Assembly (NCBI RefSeq): GCF_009914755.1
Contig: NC_060926.1
DNA: 64,000 nucleotides
From: the human T2T-CHM13v2.0 reference genome, Homo sapiens
Strand: one strand, 5' to 3'
Below, in pieces: positions 57,970-64,000 of the stretch. The stretch's first letter is position 1, and every line of letters begins with the position of its first letter. The notes beneath the pieces are model-generated. The model worked only from the letters and a program-made list of their open reading frames with translations. It was not told where the DNA came from and searched no databases. The position numbers and the translations under genes were made by a program.

Positions 57970-60360
57970 TTTCTTCCTTTCTTTCTTTCTTTTCATCTCC
58001 TCCTACTCCTTCTTCTTCTTAAATACAGGCATTTACAACAATAGATTTTCCTCTAGGCCTGTTTTCTTGCATCCCAAAAAGTTTGGGTATGTTCTGCTTT
58101 TGTTCTCTTTTGTTTCAAAGTTTTTCTTATTTCCATTGTGATTTCTTTTTGACCAATTGGTTATTTGGAAGTGTACTGTTAAATTTCCACTTATTTGTAA
58201 CCTTTTCAAGTTTAAATTGTTGATTTTTAATTTAAATTTAAGAATTTTGGGTAACATACTTTTAATGATTTTAATCGTTATAAATTCATTAAATCTTGTT
58301 TTATTTTTAAGCATATGGTCTATCTTGGATAATTTTTATTGTGTACTTACAAGATTATGCATTCTGTTGTTATTTGGAGTTTTCTATTGATGTATACTGT
58401 TTTTTAAATGTTCTATGTTCTTGATCTTCTGCCTACTTCTATTTATTTTTAACACAAGAGTGTTGGATTCTCAACCATTATTGCTAAATTGCCCATTTCT
58501 TCAACTTTTTTTGTGCATATGTCTCATTACTTTAGGGCTCTGTTGTTAGTCGTATAAATGTTTATAATCGTTTTATTTTCCTGATGATTTTCTCTTATTA
58601 TTATAAAATGTCCTTCTTTGTCATTAGTAACAATTGATTTCTTAAAATTTATTTTCTCCAACATTATTTTGTGGCTAAAATAATGTTAGCTCTCTTTTAT
58701 AGTTATGCTTGCATGGTGTATCTTTTACCATCCATTTATTTCCAACATATTTGTGTGTTTGAATATGATGTATATCTCATATAGACAACATATTCCAATC
58801 ATCATTTAAATATTCTCCATTTTTTGTATCAATCTCTACCTTATGATTAATTTAATTCACTTATATTTAATGTAATTATAGATCTGACAGGATTCCCACT
58901 TGCCATTTTTCTACTTCTTTATTGGAGTCTATTTTTCAATTTGGTTATCCTGGGAATTACAATTGGCACCTTATTTTTAAACAATCAAGTTTGCATTAAT
59001 CCTAACTCAATTTCAATCGTATACAAAAGCTTTTGTGCAACATATTTTATTTCTTCTTTCCTCCATTCTATATTCATTACAATGCAATTTACATCTGTAT
59101 ATAAGCCCACTAATACAGTTTAGTATGTACTGCTTTGTGCAGTTAGTTGTCTTATTTGTCGAGATATTGTTGTCATATTTTCCTTTAATTCTTTAGAGAT
59201 ATTTTTATTTATTTATTTGAACATATTTATGACAGCTGATTTAAAGTCTTTGTCTAATTAGTTCAACATTTGGTCTTCTTTAGGAACAGTTTTTGTTGAC
59301 TTTTGTTCTGTGTATGGGCCATAATTTCCTGTTTATATCTAGTAATGTGTTTCTTGAAAATAGGACATTTCAGATAATATAATGTGGAAATTCTGAAATA
59401 CAGATACAGGTTTGTTTTCTGTTGTTTTTATTGTTTCTGATGATGTTTAATTGTTTACTGGACTAATGATAAAATATCTGTATTCATTTTTGTGTGTGGC
59501 CACTGAAGATTCTGCTTAATTAGCATTGTTTTCAGCTAACTATTAGATTACATTTCTTAAATGCCCTGAACCAATAAGTCTTTCAGGCTTTGCTGAGTGT
59601 CTCTGACTTGTGTTGTAACATTACTTAAATGCAAGCAGTTTACAACTCCTCCTTAGCTTTCACATCCTGCTTCTGCAAGTCCTTAAGATTAGTGGGATGT
59701 AAGAAACTAAGGTTTTTTTGGTTATTTTCTGAGCATGTGCACAGCCCTGCACATGTGCATAGCCCTTCAGGTTTACCAGAAATATGCTGAAGCTTATCAA
59801 AACCCTTATTGTCATACCATTCCCCAATTTTTCCTTTAACAGTTTTAGTCAACTTCTTATTCCCAATTGGCATCACTGCCTCAGGCAGATGTGATATTAA
59901 ACAATTGTCACTGAAAGATTTCAACAAATGCTATGGGAATAGGGCTGCTCCCATGGACTGATATCTGAGTGAGACTCTGGAAATGGAGCTTCTTAGTGAG
60001 ATTTGAGAAAGGTCAAATAGTAAACATTCTCTGTAGCTGGGGCATTTGAGGAGGCTACCAAACTCATTCTGCTCCCTTGCATAGCTGTTAGGCTACTGTA
60101 CTTGTGAGGGTGTTGGTTTTCGAGGCTGCCATGGAGCTAAGTGAAGGAGGAAGGGAGCAGAGCAAGTTAAAGCACCATAATAAGCCTTGCCATTCTTACT
60201 GAGATTCAGCTATTTTTATTAAAGACTCCTTGGATGGTTAAAAGCCTCTATTATTTTCCAGACATTTGAAAAAGTTAATTTTTGACAATTTTGAATAGTG
60301 CTCTCATTGCTTTTATGAAGGTGTAGATTTTTGGAGGCCCTTCCTCCACCATCTGGAAGT
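57250..60360 (-). mobile_element. Mosaic of ancient L1M fragments
   Basis: T-rich L1 antisense motifs such as ctaaaggtttatcaaatgttttgatctt. ORF 58033..58314(-) is reminiscent of the L1 endonuclease C-terminus. Boundaries approximate. Confidence 0.7.
57729..58020. repeat. ~290-bp polypyrimidine tract (CCCT/CCTT/CTTT)n
   Basis: Direct reading of the sequence. Confidence 0.95.
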
Positions 60361-60365
60361 GCTTC

Positions 60366-61931
60366 TGTTACTGGGAAGTGTGGAGCATCTCAGTTCTTGA
60401 CATTTTGGAAGACATAATATGTCCGGAATTGATTCCTTCTGGTGGGTTCTTGGTCTCACTGACTTCAAGAATAAAGCTGCAGACCCTCGTGGTGAGTGTT
60501 ATAGTTCTTAAAGATGGTGTGTCCTGAGTTCGTTCCTTCAGATGTTCAGATGTGTCCAGAGTTTCTTCCTTCCGGTGGGTTCACGGTCTCACTGACTTCA
60601 GGAGTGAAGCTGCAGACCTTCACAGTGAGTGTTACAGCTCTTAAAGGTGGCGCGTCTGGGGTAGCTTTTTCCTCCCAGTGTGTTCATGGTCTTGCTGACT
60701 TCAGGAATGAAGCCAGAGAACCCTGTGGTGAGTGTTACAGCTCATAAAGGTAGTGTGGACCTAAAGAGTAAGCAGCAGCAAGATTTAGTGTGAAGAGTGA
60801 AAGAACAAACATTCCACAGCATGGAAGGGGACCTGAGCAGGTTGCTGCTGCTGGCTGGGGTGGCCAGCTTTTATTCCCTTATTTGGCCCCGCCCACATCC
60901 TGCTGATTGGTCCATTTTACAGAGTGCTGATTGGTCTGTTTTTATAGAGTACTGATTGGTGTGTTTACAAACCTTTAGCTAGACACAGAGCACTGATTGG
61001 TGCATTTTTACAGAGTGCTGACTGGTGCATTTACAATCCTTCAGCTAGACACAGAGTGCTGATTGGTGCGTTTTTAGAGTGCTGATTGGTGTGTTTACAA
61101 TCCTTTAGCTAGACACAGAGTGCTGATTGGTGTGGTTTTACAGAGCGCTGATTGGTGCATTTACAATCCTTTAGCTAGACACAGAGTGCTGATTGGTGCG
61201 TTTACAATCCTCTAGCTAGACAGAAAAGTTCTCCAAGTCCCCACCCAACCCAGAAGCCCACCTGGCTTCACCTCTCAATAATTCAGCCGAGAGACCAATT
61301 AGTAAAGTAAGCAGAAAGGTTTATTAAGGGAATAAAAGTACACTCCAAGAGAGGAGTGGGCTGACCTGGCTAAAAACACCCCCAAGAATTCTGCGTTGCA
61401 GTTTTTATCATGTTGGGCGTTTCTTTAAGTTCCCACATGTCTTAAGTCTCTGCCTTTTTGTTTGTCTAGTTTTCCACTGTTGTCTTACATCCCCATCTTT
61501 GTTCCCATCTAGTTCCCACCCAGGTTTGTGGGATCCTCCCTTACTGTCATTTGGTGCACATGCCTGGGGTCCAGTGATCAATAGGAATCCAACCTAATGA
61601 TGACATTGTTCATGACTGCCTCCCCAGGAAGGTTGCATAGCAGTTAAAACTGTACTGATTGTGCCTGAGTATGTCAGGAATTTCCCCTTTATCCTTTCTC
61701 CTTTCTTGTCAGCATGTAGCTGGCTACATTCTGACAATTTAACCACAGAATGAGCAATTACTGGGTGTCTTAAGCGGCATTTCAGGACGTTCCTGTCTAC
61801 ATAGGTATCACCCCTTCTCTCTGCTAATACCTAACTACATGTTTCAGGTGGTCTCTGAGGCACAAGATTTTCCAGAGCTTCCTCACCGAGAGCATTCCTT
61901 TTCTGCTCTTGTCTGCCTGCCTGCTCTAAAA
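60366..61931 (-). mobile_element. Older ERV1-class LTR (subfamily not resolved) split by LTR12
   Basis: tgttactggg..cagttcttgacattttggaagacataa resumes as ttcagccgagagacc..aggtttattaagggaataaaagtacactcca after the LTR12. Confidence 0.7.
60418..61277 (-). mobile_element. LTR12 (ERV9) solo LTR, antisense to CNTNAP5
   Basis: Termini tatgtccggaatt and ctggcttcacctctca (minus strand TGAGAGGTGAAGCCAG). U3 tandem repeats gctgattggtgcatttacaatcctttagctagacacagagt. 4-bp TSD ATAA at 60414-60417 and 61278-61281. Confidence 0.95.
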
Positions 61932-62987
61932 ATTCCAGAATGTGAGGGTTTGGACCTAGTGTAGGACTTGATGCTCAGCTTTATTAAATGTTATGTCCTA
62001 TGATGGGAGCTGACTGGCCCAAAAAGGATTCCCGAGGTGAGGGTAGAAAAGTGGGAACTACAGCAAATGGAACCCCCTGTTATGAAAAGGAGAGGCCAGG
62101 AAAGGAATGCACCATTTTTGTCATGGCCTCCTTCTCCAACTCTCCTTGGGCTAGATATTTGGCTTCTCTGTGCTCTTCCATGCTCATACTTATCTTTATT
62201 CCAGATCCAATTGCCTGGTAGCTTAACTGTTGCTTCTGCTTCTTCACCAGAAGATAAATTCTCTCAAGGGCAAGACAAATGTCTGATTGCCTCTTTGCAT
62301 CCTTGTGGCTTAGCACAATGCTTGGCATGCTATAGGCACTCAATAAATGTTTATGAAGTAAAGTCAACCACAAACACCTTTCATTTCAGAATCTCAAACA
62401 TAGGATAGGCAGGGCATAGTAAACTCTGCAACAAACCTGTTTCAGGCAGGAAAGCAGAAAGGGAACTGTCAGCTCCACCCATATCTTCTTTATTAGAGGG
62501 ATGAATGGCCAGAGTCAAAGTCACAGAAGACAGGCAGGCATTGACAAGGCAGAGAGGTATGCAGCAACTTCTGGTTTGAGAGGTGCCTCTGTGGTAAGCG
62601 AGATAAATAAAACTGGTAAATGATGGATCTCCTCAAGGAGATGAATTGAGCCAAGAGCTAGCCTTGGCTGCTGGTGCACACATCAGGAAAGCAGTATTTG
62701 AGATCCGGGAGTCTTGTTCTTTATTAATAGGAGGATCTGGCTATGCCTCCTCATTTTCATTGCATTGAAAGTAATCACTAACATCATTATCATCTCATCC
62801 CTTCTGATTCTGAAGGACTTTGACATTTATAAAACAATCACATATGGTGACCCTCATAGAGGACAGACACCCTTTAATCTCTATTTTACAGGTGAGGAAA
62901 CTGAGGAGCTTTTTCCAAATCACTAATTATGATAAGTGACAGAGTTGATCCTAGAACCCAAAATGCTGGCTAATTGTCCCATATCTT

Positions 62988-63277
62988 TTTTTTTTTTGGA
63001 GCGGGGAGTGGGGGACAGGGTCTCTGTCATTCAGGTTGGAGTGCAGTGATGCAATCACTGCAGCCTCCGGCTCCCTGGTTCAAGTTATCCTCCCACCTCA
63101 GCCTCCTGAGCAGCTGGGACTGCAGGCACCACCATGCCTGGCTAATTTTTGTAATTTTTGTAGAAACAGGGTCTCGACATGTTGCCCAGGCTAGTCTCAG
63201 ACTCCTGGGCTCAAGTGATCTGCCCACCTCGGCCTCCCTAAGTGCTGGGATTACAGGCATGAGCCACCTCATTGGCC
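62988..63277 (-). mobile_element. AluJ (Jb-like)
   Basis: Antisense dimer. TSD catatctt at 62980-62987 and 63279-63286. Confidence 0.9.
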
Positions 63278-64000
63278 TCATATCTTATTACGGTTTGTCT
63301 TGAGTTCAAAGCAAAATGCATTTCTTTGCTAATTTCTTTGGGTACATGGCTGTTTGTCTTCTCAAGAAGTTCGAGACCCCCGCCCCCACAACTCTGCAGC
63401 AGTCTCTGTATTTCCATCGATTTTTTATCCTATGGATACCCTGTTTTCCACCTTTGTTTGAAGGAATAGAAATTATAACCTGACCCTCAAATGAGTATCC
63501 AGAAAAAAGTGTACCACTTCTAGTCAGATTCCCTCAAAAGTTCTTTGTCAGATTTTAATTTGTTTGAAGGTCAACCAGATTCCTCTTTATCCCTCAAGGT
63601 TCAGCATAAATGTCATGTACTCTGGAAGGTCTTCTTGAATTCCCCAGGCCAGGTTAGGTTCCTCCTTTGGAAGTTTCCATGGTATTCAGTACTTTTCTTT
63701 ACAGAGACATTAGCATAACCCTCTGCAACCACTTCTCAAAACAGTGCATGTACTGCCCCTCTACTGGTCTAAGTCACCTATGTGAGTACCATGTCAAGGA
63801 AAGCGAAGAACAATTGTCCCCAACTGCATTCCTGTGGCTTGCCCAAATTCTGACACACAGTGGGCTCCCAGCATTTTCCAAATCACAGACTCTGATTATT
63901 TCAGTTCTCAGACCTGGGTCCCAGAAGGGCTGCCTTCACTTTGGTTTCTCTAGGCCAGCAGCTTCTTGTATACCAAGTCCAAAATCTGGATCTCCTCAGG

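Noticed and set aside
60901-61220. Regularly spaced repeats resembling a CRISPR array
   Set aside because: There are no unique spacers and the context is eukaryotic. These are the known LTR12 U3 tandem repeats.

Overview
This is primate (most likely human) intronic DNA from a very large gene, and roughly half of it is recognisable interspersed repeat. The only supportable protein-coding sequence is one 201-nt internal exon (31215-31415, + strand, phase 1/1). It encodes [27 protein letters not shown]...[19 protein letters not shown], which I recognise as the fibrinogen-like domain of CNTNAP5 (Caspr5), probably exon 13. The rest is flanking intron. Major elements are a complete MSTA MaLR provirus (9680-18905, TGGGG target-site duplication) carrying a full-length dead L1PA and an AluJ, three 5'-truncated L1PA 3' ends, about ten Alus, a solo MST LTR, MLT1/MLT2/MER4 LTRs, Tigger1/Tigger3/MER33 DNA transposons, and an antisense LTR12 (ERV9) nested in an older LTR. 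Repeat subfamily calls come from remembered consensus sequences, not from an alignment run. I found no evidence of a new biological system. The best leads are regulatory: RBFOX motifs beside a frame-preserving exon, an antisense LTR12 promoter with an NF-Y array, two CpG-retaining unique segments, and a close inverted Alu cluster.
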